From positions 47,802,001 to 47,866,000 of the forward strand of contig NC_090346.1 of assembly GCF_035084215.1 (NCBI RefSeq): a DNA stretch of 64,000 nucleotides. The letters run 5' to 3'. The notes beneath the pieces are model-generated. The model searched no databases. It was not told the DNA's origin and saw only the letters and a list, made by a program, of their open reading frames with translations. This stretch comes from Heptranchias perlo (lineage: Eukaryota). This document shows positions 23,197-34,399 of the stretch, in pieces (position 1 is the stretch's first letter; every line of letters begins with the position of its first letter). The position numbers and the translations under genes are program-made.

Positions 23197-23364
23197 CTGT
23201 GGAACACAGTTTGATACCTTAGTTCTACAAGTTTTAAGCCATCAACTGAATAAAACTAACCTTAATGACCAGGAAAAAAAAAGTTATACATATGCTTCCA
23301 AAAGTACCAAAGTGTATTTGGACCATAAATCCTCTAGACTGAAGTTCTAGCCCTACCTCTCATA

Positions 23365-23910
23365 CTTTCTACATTACAACAGTGAGTACAATTCAAAAAG
23401 TACTTAATTGGCTGTAAAGCGCTGTGGGACGTTCCATGGTTGTGAAAGGCACCATATAAATGCAAGTCCTTTATCAGGACGGCACTGATTTACCCTGAGG
23501 TGAAGTTCTGTGGACGCCAGCAGCCCTCAGGTGTCTTCATACGTGCTACAGACTCGAGCACATCATCGAGGCTGACACTTCAGCGCAGTACCGAGGGAGT
23601 GCCGCACTGTCGGAGGTGCTGTCTTTCAGATGAGACGTTAAGTCATCCGAAAAAGTGGACGTACAAGACCCCAAGGCACAATTTGAAGAGGAGCAGGGAG
23701 TTCTCCTGGTGTTCTGACCAATATTCCTCCCTCAACCAACACTACCAAAAGCAGATTGCCTGGTCATTCATTCACTGTTGTGTGCAGATTGGCTGCCATG
23801 TTTGCCTGCATAACAGTAACTACACTTCAAAAGAAACCAGTTGGCTGTAAAGTGCTTTGGGACATCCTGAGGACATGACAAGGCACCCTATAAATGCAAG
23901 TTCATTTGTT
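23365..23910 (+). mobile_element. Deu-domain SINE copies (partial plus longer)
   Basis: Family motifs as above. Confidence 0.7.
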
Positions 23911-24094
23911 CTTTCACATGAGCCCAAACAGTGCTGGTCAGCCGGCTATTCAACTGAGGAGGGAATCGCAGCCAAGTCCAAGCCTGTCCTCACTCGACAT
24001 CCACTTGTCCACCATCCAGCAGAGCAAAGTGATCAGGAACAGAAATCGTGGCTAATTTCCTCCCCCCCCACCAGGGCACTGAATTGAATGTTAC

Positions 24095-25280
24095 TTATAG
24101 AATCATACAGCACCAAAGGAGGGCATTCGGCCCATCGTGCCTGTGCCGACTCTGTGCTGTACGTTCTTTGTAATTCTTTATAGGGTTAGATGAAGAAGGG
24201 AGGGAGGAGCACAAACACCGGCATGGACCTGTTGGGCCGAATGGCCTTTTTCCATGCTGTATGTTGTTTGCAATTCTTTGAAAGAATTATCAAAATAGTC
24301 CCACTCCCCTGCTCTTTCCCTATAACCCTGCAAATTTTTCCTTTTTAAGTATTTAAACAATTCCCTTTTGAAAGTTTTTATTGAATCTGCTTCCACCGCC
24401 CTTTCAGGCAGGGCATTCCAGATCATCACAACTCACTGCATAAAAAAAACTCTCCATCTCCCCCTCTGGTTCTTTAGCCAATTACCTTAAATCTGTGTCC
24501 TCTGGTTACTGGCCCTCCTGCCAGAGTAAATAGGGAGAAGCTGTTTCCACTATCAAAATCCCTCATAACTTTGAACACCTCTATTAAATCTCCCCTTAAC
24601 CTTCTCTACTGTAAAGCAGAACAATCCCCAGCTTCTCCGGTCTCTCCACATAATGTTTCTTTTTACTTTAGCATCATTGCACCTAATTCCAGTCAACAGA
24701 TTCTTACCTGTAATCTTCCTGACCAGAGGGACCCTTCAAGGCACATAAATTACCGCAAGGCATTCGATTACCTAAACAGCGCAATCAAAGGAAGAGGCAT
24801 TGGTTAAGATGTGATAATGAAAGGTCGTTGGGGGGATAGGAACATAGGAACAGGAGGAGGCCATTCAGCCCCTCGAGCCTGTTCCGCCATTCAATGAGTT
24901 CATGGCTGATCTGTATCCTAACTCCATCCACCCGCTTTGGCTCCACATCCCTTAATACCCTTGGCGAGCAAAAATCTATCGAACTCAGATTTAAAATTAT
25001 TAATTGAGCATCTACTGCTTTTTGTGGGAGAGTTCCACACTTCTACCACCCTTTGCGTGAAAAAGTGTTTCCTAACTTCTCTCCTGAATGGCCTGGCTCT
25101 GATGTCTTCTTGTCCTAGACTCCCCCAGCAGTGGAGAAAGTTTCTCTCTCTCTACCCTATCAATTCCTTTCAAAATCCTAAGAACCTCAATCAAATCACC
25201 CCTTTACCCTTCTACATTCCAGGGAATACAAGCCGAGTTTATGTAATCTCGCCTCATAATTTAACCCTTGGAGCCCTGGT
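24095..25280 (-). mobile_element. CR1 fragments flanking EIF2AK1 exon 8 (about 24095-24650 and 24835-25280)
   Basis: IWNALPERAVEADSIKTFKREL and CR1 3' UTR motifs. Confidence 0.75.
24708..24771 (-). CDS. EIF2AK1: EIF2AK1 exon 8
   Basis: tgtttag|GT...TACAG|gtaaga; 64 nt, phase 1 to 2; NRMPCGNLCALKGPSGQEDYR. Confidence 0.75.
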
Positions 25281-25325
25281 GTCTATTTGTATTGGTTTCT
25301 GTAGAGGACCAAGATTTAACTGTAC

Positions 25326-25425
25326 TTCTCAGAGGCGGTGGCTGTGTATGCTCCATCCAGGCAGTGTGATAGCCAACGACGTGAGGGTGCTGAAGGCCGG
25401 CCAGGACTTTAACTTCTCTTAGGAC
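25326..25425 (-). CDS. EIF2AK1: EIF2AK1 exon 7
   Basis: atttcag|GTC...AGAA|gtacag; 100 nt; [26 protein letters not shown]. Confidence 0.9.
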
Positions 25426-26384
25426 CTGAAATAAAAAAACAGAAAAGATTCCGGTTATGCCTCAAAACCCAAGTATTTTAAAACAGAATTTTTGCAAATG
25501 ATCAGCCACCAACTATGAGCTAATTGAAGGGCAGAACAGGCTCTAGGGGCTGAACGGCCTCCTTCCTGTTCCTATGATTTTACAAACCAATGCCCCCAGG
25601 TTCGCCCCCTCTAATCAATGCGCTGACCCTTGCAGAGTTACGGTTCCGTGGGTACCAGAAGGCAGTAACCTACACTGCACAAGTCCACCATGGGGGGCTT
25701 CACAGCCCAGCCCTGTCGTGTCCTTCCCCAAAGTCGACACGCCTCCAGTTTCCAGTCGGACTTACTGCACGGTGATCATGAATGATTCTTCCACCTCCGC
25801 CCCCCTCCGACCCCCCCCCCCCCCCACAACCCTCCAAACATCCTAGCCCAGGGGCACTGAGGGCAATTGTAAAACCCCCACTGCTTTTCCAGCTCGGACT
25901 TCTACATCAACACAAACCCAGATCAAACCCCAGTCCGTACGGCTTGGCACCACACCACATACAGCACAGGAGGTGGCCATTCGGCCCATTGTGTCTGTGC
26001 CAGCTCGTTGCTAGAGCAGTTCAAAACTAATCCCACTGCCCCGCGCTCGTTCTCTCTCGGTAGCCTTATATCTTCCTCTACTTCGAATATTTATCCAATT
26101 CTTTGTTAAAAGATACAATGGTCTCTGCCTCAACCACTCCCCGTCGCAAAGCATTCCTCGCTCCAACCACCCTCTGTGTAAAGAAGTGTCTCTTAAGCTC
26201 TCTCCTCGCTCTCAGTGATCGTTTTAAATTGATGCATTTACCTATAAAGCCATTAGGGAGCCCTGGATAATTTATTGTTGAAATGTGCTTAGGCAGAGAA
26301 TCCTATAAATAACTGATCATTACTCAGAAGGGGCAAAATGCTTAGTTATGACCGTGTACCATTATTTCCAGTTGTGCCTGTTCA

Positions 26385-26690
26385 ACAACAACAACAACTT
26401 GCATTTATATAGCGCCTTTAACTAGTAAAACATCCCAAAGTGCTTCGCAGGAGTGTTATCAAAACTGAATTTGACTCCAAGCCACACAAAGCAATATTAG
26501 GACAGGTGACGGGTTTTAAGGAGGGTCTTAAAAGGAGGAGAGAGGGATAGAGAGGTTTAGGGAGGGGATTCCAGAGCTTAGGGCCATGGCAGCCGAAGGC
26601 ACGATCACCAACGATGGAGCGATGAAAATCGGGGCTGCGCAAGAGGCCAGAATTGGAGGAGCGCAGAAATCTCGGAGGAGGTTACGGAGC
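26385..26690 (-). mobile_element. L2-clade LINE 3' fragment
   Basis: GDRAFGCHGPKLWNPLP; tail gctatataaatgcaagttgttgttg. Confidence 0.75.
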
Positions 26691-26792
26691 GAGAGATTTC
26701 TACACGGGTCCAATAGGCTGCAAACTCGAACGCGCAATTGGCAACTTGCAAATAAATGTCAGCACCGCCCGCTGTTGCTGTTAACTGAATAC

Positions 26793-26873
26793 CTTCATGC
26801 AGTCATATTTTGTAACTTTCTTCATGAGAATCTTCTTCATGGCATAGAACTGTCGATCCAATTTATTCCTGAC
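26793..26873 (-). CDS. EIF2AK1: EIF2AK1 exon 6 (catalytic Lys)
   Basis: attgcag|GTC...AAG|gtattc; 81 nt; VRNKLDRQFYAMKKILMKKVTKYDCMK. Confidence 0.95.
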
Positions 26874-27326
26874 CTGCAATAAATACAGGGTAGATCGGTG
26901 AGCTTTAATGAGTTTGTTCTCGATTCCTGTGTGCGATTTCTTCATGGGGGCATTAACCCATTTATTTTAAGCAGGATATTGCCTCGTAGCAACGGATGCT
27001 GTCAATGTACAAGTAGAATAATGTAACAATTTACTGGTATGAGGTTTAAACTTCTTTAGAAGAGAGAACTTTTTTTTCTAGTAATCTGCTACTGGAAAGC
27101 AAACGCCGTGTTCATGGAATGCTCTGTACCTAACAAGTTCAGGTTACTATAGATGAACTTTATATTGCTTGTGGGCGAACGGAAGGCAGGCTCGGAGGAA
27201 AGGGGCCCCGTATCTCTTACTGTTTCTCCAGCCCCATGCATTACTTTCTCCAATTGGCAAATGTACCACCTTTACTTAGACCAGAATTAGAATCTAGAAA
27301 TCGGAATGAAAGGTTTAGGCACACAC

Positions 27327-27426
27327 CTTATACACATTTCCATAACCGCCTTTTCCCACTCTGCTGATTTCTTCAAATTCATTCACGTACCGCGATGTCT
27401 GACCCTGGAACAGCGTTTCCTTTGCT
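27327..27426 (-). CDS. EIF2AK1: EIF2AK1 exon 5 (Gly-rich loop)
   Basis: tgctcag|A...AAG|gtgtgt; 100 nt; [33 protein letters not shown]. Confidence 0.95.
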
Positions 27427-27689
27427 CTGAGCAAGTATCAAAAAGCAACACTTTAATTTACAGTATTCTAGTTAACCCATTATAATAATTAGGCCTTCTG
27501 TCACGTACAGGCCAGACTGGGTAAATGTATTTACTAAGAACACGCTCCCGCTGCCAAAGCCCAGCAGTTACTGGAGAAGATGACATTAGTGAACCAGTTA
27601 GAGTTTGAGGACAATCCAACAGCTTCACAGTCACTTTTACTGGTACCAGCTTTTTATAAAATCAGAATTCAGATTCTCAAAGTGCCCAT

Positions 27690-28235
27690 GTTCCATACTT
27701 AAGAAAAGACATACTTGCTCTCGAGACAGTACAAAGAAGGTTCACTCGGCTAATCCCGGGGATGAGGGGGCGGACATATGAGGAGAGGTTGAGTAGATTG
27801 GGACTCTACTCATTGGAGTTCAGAAGAATGAGAGGCGATCTTATTGAAACATATAAGATTGTGAAGGGGCTTGATCGGGTGGATGCGGTAAGGATGTTCC
27901 CAAGGATGGGTGAAACTAGAACTAGGGGGCATAATCTTAGAATAAGGGGCTGCTCTTTCAAAACTGAGATGAGGAGAAACTTCTGCACTCAGAGGGTAGT
28001 AGGTCTGTGGAATTTGCTGCCCCAGGAAGCTGTGGAAGCTACATCATTAAATAAATTTAAAACAGAAATAGACAGTTTCCGACAAGTAAAGGGAATTAGG
28101 GGTTACGGGGAGCGGGCAGGAAATTGGACATGAATTTAGATTTGAGGTTAGGATCAGATCAGCCATGATCTTATTGAATGGCGGAGCAGGCTCGAGGGGC
28201 CGATTGGCCTACTCCTGCTCCTATTTCTTATGTTC
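27690..28235 (+). mobile_element. CR1 LINE 3' fragment (little decayed)
   Basis: RTYEERLSRLGLYSLEFRRMRGDLIETYKIVKGLDRVD...; tail cctatttcttatgttct. Confidence 0.88.
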
Positions 28236-28298
28236 TCGGGATTACTAGTCCAGTAACATAACCACTACGTTACCTTACCCTCTAAATTCAACACATAC

Positions 28299-28342
28299 CT
28301 GCTGGTGATCAGGGTAGGCACATCTCCATTTGTAGCATGCCC
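28299..28342 (-). CDS. EIF2AK1: EIF2AK1 exon 4
   Basis: tttttag|GGG...GCAG|gtatgt; 44 nt, phase 0 to 2, bridging exons 3 and 5; GHATNGDVPTLITSR. Confidence 0.75.
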
Positions 28343-28934
28343 CTAAAAAAACAGGAAGACAATGTAAGTTAGAACCAGACCTCGTTCACTGCAACGTAAA
28401 CCGCCCACCTCCCAATAACTGTTGCTGGCGCTGCCCTCAGCGGAAGGCTTCCCAGTGGAACTTTTCTCAACGAATGGGTTTCCCACTACTTCGCCCTCCA
28501 AATGTATCTGACGACAGAAATCCAGAGGAACGTTAAAAAGAACAGCAAGGCTGTCCAAACAGCTCCAGTGATCTCTTGTCGCGGGAATGACCCAACAAAC
28601 GCCCCCCCCCAACCCCCTCCCCCAAATAAAAACTTGCGGTCTAAGTGAATATGGGACGTTGGCCAGGCAGTGCAAGTTATGCTCTTGGTTGCGAATGGTG
28701 GGCCCCAGGAGATGTGGTGCCTATTCCTGCACATGGTGAATGCACCAGGAGATGCTGCACGCAGCCATCTGGATCAGGAAGCTTCGATCCACGGCCTGCG
28801 CTGAGAATTAGCTTCGCAGCCAACGAAGTATTTCTGAACCGTAGTCACCGGCAAACCCGGCAGCCGATTCGTGCACAGCAAGGTCCCGCAAACCACAATG
28901 AGATGAGCGATCAGTTAACCTGTCAGTCGATTGT

Positions 28935-29325
28935 CGGTTCGAGTCCCACTCCAGAGCACGTAATCCAGGCTGACACTCCCAGTGCAGCACCGTGGGAGTG
29001 CTGCACTGTCGGAGTGGCCGGCTTTCGGATGAGGTGTTAAACATGTTATGTGCCCTTCTCAGGTTCACATGGCACTATTTTGAAGAACAGCAGGCAAATT
29101 CTCCCCGGTGTCCTGGGCTAATATTTATCCCTCAACCAACCTCACTGAAAACAGATTATCTGGTCATTATCTCATTGCTGTTTGTGGGACCTTGCTCTGC
29201 GCAAATTGGCTGCCGCGTTTCCTACATTATAACAGTGACTACATTTCAGAAAAATACTTAATTGGCTGTAGAGAACTTCAGGAGGTCCCGAGATCACGAA
29301 AGGCGCTGTATAAATCCAAGTTCTT
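28935..29325 (+). mobile_element. Deu-domain SINE
   Basis: B-box-like ggttcgagtccc followed by the Deu domain and tail. Confidence 0.75.
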
Positions 29326-29394
29326 TCTTTCAAAGGTTTCCGAAGCCTCCGAGATGTGGAGCTCTCTAATCCCAAGCCAGCAGTGCAGACTCAC

Positions 29395-29531
29395 CTGCTG
29401 ATATAAGCCGTTGCTTGCTGCCTGCAGGAGGTTCGTAAAGGCTTGATTGTGTTGCAGCCTGACGGTGCTCAACTCATCGCTGAAGGTGATTGGGGAAATC
29501 AAGTGCATTCCCGCTAGCTTTTGACACAGCA
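29395..29531 (-). CDS. EIF2AK1: EIF2AK1 exon 3
   Basis: gtttcag|TG...CAG|gtgagt; LCQKLAGMHLISPITFSDELSTVRLQHNQAFTNLL. Confidence 0.92.
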
Positions 29532-29644
29532 CTGAAACAGGAAGTAAGGTTTTGACAGAATTATTGAGAGAATAAACAGTTGCGCAACAGACAGACATGT
29601 TCGCATCTTAACTTAGTACAGTGTGTAATGCTAACGTATCAACA

Positions 29645-30130
29645 ATAACACCACCAACTCGCATTTATATAGCTCCTTTAACATAGTAAAACGTCCAAAG
29701 GCTCTTCACAGGAGCGATTATCGAACAAAATTTGACACCGAGCCACATAAGGAGATATTAGGACAGGGGACCAAAAGCTCGGGCAAAGAGGCAGGTTTTA
29801 AGGAGCGTCTTAAAGGAGGAGAGAGAGGCGGAGAGGTTTAGGGAGGGAATTCCAGAGCTTAGGGCCTAGGCAGCTGAAGGCACGGCCGCCAATGGTGGAG
29901 CGATGAAAATCAGGGATGCGTAAGAAGCAAGAATTGGAGACCGCAGAGATCTCGGAGGGTTGTAGGGCTGGAGGAGGGAGGGGGCGAGGCCATGGAGGGA
30001 TTTGGAAACAATGATGAGAATTTTATAATCGAGGTGTTGCCGGACTGGGAGCCAATGTAGGTCAGCGAGCACACGGGTGATGGGTGAATGGGACTATATG
30101 CAAGTTAGGATACGGGCAGCAGAGTTTTGG
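29645..30130 (-). mobile_element. L2-clade LINE 3' fragment
   Basis: LADLHWLPVRQHLDYKILIIVSKSLHGLAP is the L2 ORF2 C-terminus; similar fragment at 26385-26690. Confidence 0.8.
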
Positions 30131-30813
30131 TTGATCAAGACAAATATCAATACTGGGTCTAGCTGCTACTTTCTAAAATAAAATGCTTCACTGCTGTGAA
30201 ATTGCATAGAATTATATAGAATTTTACAGCACAGAAACAGGCCATTCGGCCCGACAGGTCTATGTCAGTGTTTATGCTCCACACGAGCCTCCTCCCACCA
30301 GTATTTAAATTGCATTTGATTTTCCAGGAAGTACAGTTTCAAGTCTATACCTGAACTTTCTTTAATGATTGGTTTTCAGATTCCAACATGTATTAAAATA
30401 ATCACACACAGTCAGGGCACATAATTAAATTCTGACTACAATAAATGTTGTCTTTGGATTCGGTTATCAATAGCAATTAATACTAACACAAGAAAAATCA
30501 ACAGTCGAAGCAAACCTATTTTAAAATAATTCATAATTATATTAACTGCACTAACAAGTTGCTTCTTATGTCGCTCACCAAGGCATTTTAATTACTGAGT
30601 TCACAGAGGGCCTTAACAAAGCTGCAATGTGTTTACAAGGTGCATTCCACTTACAGTACCTGTGGTTTCATTTATCAAGCCTCCGCCTACAAAATAATTT
30701 ACGCAATTGCATTACTTATAATTAACGTTAGTTCTTCCCCGCCCCCCCCCCCCCTGTATCTTTGGGCTTTCAGCTAGATTTCTCCGTCGTACAGTACTTG
30801 GGGTGAGTCTTAC

Positions 30814-30981
30814 ACTTGAACAGGCTCGTGGAGCGCTGAGGATTTCTCTCATAAACGAAGCAGAGATGTTCCAGGAGCGAGACCAACAGCAGCTGGTTGG
30901 GAACGGCGACTGTGAAGTCCATCAGCGTCGGGACTGTTCGGTTACAATCCGCGAGACCGCACTCCTCCAACAGATCGGATT
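30814..30981 (-). CDS. EIF2AK1: EIF2AK1 exon 2
   Basis: attgcag|AA...AAGT|gtaaga; ESDLLEE...DFTVAVPNQLLLVSLLEHLCFVYERNPQRSTSLFK. Confidence 0.95.
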
Positions 30982-31658
30982 CTGCAATTGGGGGGCGGGG
31001 GGGGGAGAAAATCATAGAATTTACAGCACAGAAACCGACCTTGTGGTAGCAACTTCCACATTCCAACCACTCTCTGGGCAAAGAAGTTCTACCCTAGTCT
31101 TCATCTTCCTCTCCCCCACCCTTCCTGAGAGACGACTCCTGCCAGGATACGGTTCCCCACAGGTGTCTGACCTGAGTGGCCAACAGATTATATAACCTAG
31201 ACTGCAAGAGGCAGTAGGTGTTGTGAACACGAGAGCAGGAGGCCTTACACCCAATCCAAATCCTGTCCTCCTGAAACGCGACATACTTCACACTGGATAG
31301 CAATCTGGAGCATAAACCCGTGGCCAATTTACTTTTCCTAGCCAGGAGCAAAAAAAAACCCAGTAGTTTAAAAAAAGTTTTAAAAAGGGTTATACAAGAT
31401 TGGCTGCCACGTTCCCCTACATTACAACAGCGGAAAAAAAACACTTATCTGGCTGTAAAGCACTTTGGGATGGTCTGAAAGGTGCTTTAGAAATGGAAAT
31501 ACAAGTTCTCCCTCTCTTACTAAACACAGAATTGCACCCAGCACAGAAACAGGCCATTCGGCCCATCTGGTCCATGCTGCACACGAGCCTCCTCCCACCA
31601 GCATGTCCTTGTGTTCCTTGCACCCTCGTGTGATTATCCAGCTTCCTCTTGCACCATT

Positions 31659-31746
31659 AATTGTAAACAATTTTACAACACCAAGTTATAGTCCAGCAAT
31701 TTTATTTTAAATTCACAAGCTTTCGGAGGCTTCCCCCTTCGTCAGG
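31659..31746. mobile_element. Penelope-like element copy 3 (single arm, truncated), EIF2AK1 intron 1
   Basis: Identical to the left arm of copy 1 up to GTCAGG, then breaks into a G-run repeat; hammerhead stem I 5' strand lost. Confidence 0.75.
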
Positions 31747-31855
31747 ACGGGGGGGGGGGGGGGCCGGTGTGGTTGGGTTTGAGCCCCGGGGGGGGGGGTG
31801 GTTGGGTTTGAGCCCCCGGGGGGGGGGGTGTGGTTGGGTTGAGCCCCGGGGTGAG
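31747..31855. repeat. G-run tandem repeat (tgtggttgggtttgagcccc-Gn) x3
   Basis: Directly visible. Confidence 0.8.
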
Positions 31856-31925
31856 GAGCCGCTCTGCCCTGGGACCGAGTGTTGCATCAGTCCGGGCGGT
31901 GAGCGAGTCTGGAGCCGGCACTCAC

Positions 31926-32139
31926 CGTCGAAAGCAGCCGGGCCTTCCTGCGGGAAGCTGATGGCCAGTTTCGCCCGGGGCTGCTCCGTGTCATCGCTGG
32001 TGTCCCGCGGGGGGAAGACACCGGGACAGCCCGAGCCCCGAGACCACCCGGCTCCGCTCAGCATCGGGGAGAGGAGAGGCGCGTCTGCCGGCAGCGCTTC
32101 CGAGTCACCCGGCACCCGGGGACCAGGACCGGGGACCAT
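31926..32139 (-). CDS. EIF2AK1: EIF2AK1 exon 1 coding part (start at ATG 32139 or the in-frame ATG 32064, MLSG...)
   Basis: GC-rich; ends AISFPQEGPAAFD G|gtgagt, similar to HRI AIDFPAEG...D; the start codon is ambiguous. Confidence 0.8.
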
Positions 32140-32189
32140 CGCCACTCAGAGAGCGGCAGCGGCTGTCAATCAACAGACAGAGCCGGCCC

Positions 32190-32795
32190 AGAGCTACTGC
32201 TCAGGGAGGGAGGGAGAGATACTGCTCATAGAGAGAGAGGGGGAAGAGGAGAGAGTTACTGCTCAGGGAGGGAGGGAGAGGGGAGTTACTGCTCTCTGAG
32301 GGAGGGGAGAGATACTGCTCACAGGGGGAGAGGGGGGGGAGGGAGAGGGGAGAGGGGGGGGGAGGGAGAGGGGAGAGGGGGGGGAGGGAGAGGGGGGGGG
32401 AGGGGGAGAGGGGGGGGGAGGGAGAGAGGGGGGGGGAGGGAGAGAGGGGGGGGGAGGGGGAGGGAGAGAGGGGGGGGGAGGGGGAGGGGGAGGGGGGAGA
32501 GGGAGAGAGGGGGGGGAGGGGGAGGGGGAGAGGGAGAGGGGGGGGGGAGGGGGGGGAGAGGGGGGGGGGAGAGGAGAGTGTTACTGCTAGAGAGAGGAGG
32601 AGGGAGGGAAGAGAGAGGAGGAGGAGGAGGGAGGAGGAGGAGGAGGAGGGGGGAGAGGAGAGAGTTACTGCTCAGAGAGGGAGGGAAAGAGTGTTACTGC
32701 TCGGAGGAGGAGAGGAGGAGGAGGAGGGGAGTTACTGCTCGGGGAGAGGGAAGAGGAGAGAGTTACTGCTCTCTGAGGGAGAGGAGAGAGTTACT
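32190..32795. repeat. Polypurine (G/A) tract with interspersed GAGTTACTGCTC units
   Basis: About 250 bp of pure G/A (32323-32577) flanked by about 10 copies of (GA)GTTACTGCTC. Confidence 0.9.
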
Positions 32796-32807
32796 ACCAT
32801 TCAGAGA

Positions 32808-32949
32808 TATTTTAAATTCACAAGCGTTCACCTGAGGAAGGAGGAAGCCTCTGAAAGCTTGTGAATTTAAAATAAAATTGCTGGACTATAACTTGGTGTT
32901 GTAAAATTGTTTACAATTGTCAACCCCAGTCCATCACCGGCATCTCCAC
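32808..32949 (+). mobile_element. Penelope-like element copy 4 (short inverted arm, full arm and tail), upstream of EIF2AK1
   Basis: TSD ACCATTCAGAGA at 32796-32807 and 32950-32961; hammerhead motif at 32827-32865 (CUGAGGA...GAAA GC UU). Confidence 0.8.
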
Positions 32950-33929
32950 ACCATTCAGAGAGATAGTGGTCTCAGGGAGAGCTACTGGCAACTCAGAGAG
33001 CTAACCCTAATGCAGCCATTCAAAAAAAAGGTGCATTTATATAACACCTTTTACAACCTCAGGACGTTCCAAAGCACAATACAGGCAATGAAGTGCAGTC
33101 AATGTTGTAATGTGCAAAACACAGCAAGGTCCCACAAACAGCAATGTGATAATGACCAGATAAACTGTTTTAGGTGTTGGTCGAGGGAAATAGTGTCATG
33201 GGATCTTTTACATCCACCATTGAAAATATATCACCGTTCCTTCATCGTCGCTGGGTCAAAATCCTGGAACTCCCTTCCTAACAGCACTGTGGGAGAACCT
33301 TCACCACACGGACTGCAGCGGTTCAAGGAGGCGGCTCACCACCACCTTCTCAAGGGCAATAAATGCCGGCCTCGCCAGCGACGCCCAGATCCCATAAACA
33401 AATTAAAAAAAACACTTGAGAGGGTGGATGGGGCCCCGGTTTAATGCACAGAGATTCCTTAAAAGCCACAATCCAATGCTATCAGCCAGAGCATTACCCA
33501 ACGTTGTTAGGCCTGTGCTATGCCCCTCCCCTCTGGTCTGCCAGAGGCCGGGACCCACCAGCAGGCAAAGCCTTGCATTCCAAAACTCAGGTTTGCATTT
33601 CACAGTTTTACAAGATCAAAAGACCCCACACTGTCAAACTCCAGCAGGCCCCTGGCCTGTTTCCCAGTGCTACCAAGGCACAGGACCATTCCATAGTACT
33701 AGTAAAGCAAAGATTATGTGCCAAAATCTCTGGAGTGGGACCTGAACCCACAACCTTATGATTCAGATTGCTACCAACTCAGACAGGCTGACAGAAATTG
33801 GTCTGGTCTAATTTTATCATCTTATTATCTATCCTCTTCCTCCCCAGTTCTATTCTTGAGGCCATTTATAGCGCTTGCCCCAGTGTCCCCTCTCCCATCG
33901 GCAACAGCACTTGATCATCTTGCAGTATT

Positions 33930-34390
33930 CTCCTCCCAGCGAGGGTGGCGCTGCCGCGACGATGCAGTGTTCTCCTCCTACCGGCGGTGGCGCTGCCGCG
34001 ACGATGCAGTGTTCTCCTCCTACCGGCGGTGGCGCTGCCGCGACGATGCAGTGTCCTCCTCCTACCGGCGGCGGCGCTGCTGCCGCGACGATGCAGTGTC
34101 CTCCTCCCACCGGCGGGGGCGCTGCCGTAGCAATGCAACATCCTCCTCCCCCCACCGGCGCTGCCCTAGCAATGCAACATCCATCTCCCACCGGCGGCGG
34201 CGCTGCTGCCGCGACGATGCAGTGTCCTCCTCCCACCGGCGGCGGCGCCGCTGCCGCGACGATGCGGTGTCCTCCTCCCCACCGGCGGTGGCGCTGCTGC
34301 CGCGACGATGCGGTGTCCTCCTCCCCACCGGCGGGGGCGCTGCCGTAGCAATGCAGTGTCCTCCTCCCCACCGGCGGCGGCGCTGTCCCT
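33930..34390. repeat. GC/CpG-rich 39-46 bp minisatellite, about 10 copies
   Basis: Unit ccggcggtggcgctgccgcgacgatgcagtgttctcctccta (42 bp). Confidence 0.9.
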
Positions 34391-34399
34391 CCACCTCCC

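Noticed and set aside
23197-23224. Upstream acceptor (ttgtag at 23225) for EIF2AK1 exon 9
   Set aside because: It puts the conserved SSIIFA segment out of frame; the acceptor at 23197 keeps the frame
31659-32949. A single composite transposon whose inverted ends captured EIF2AK1 exon 1
   Set aside because: The right-hand copy has its own 12-bp TSD (ACCATTCAGAGA) and its own short inverted arm, so it is an independent insertion, and exon 1 is in its normal position
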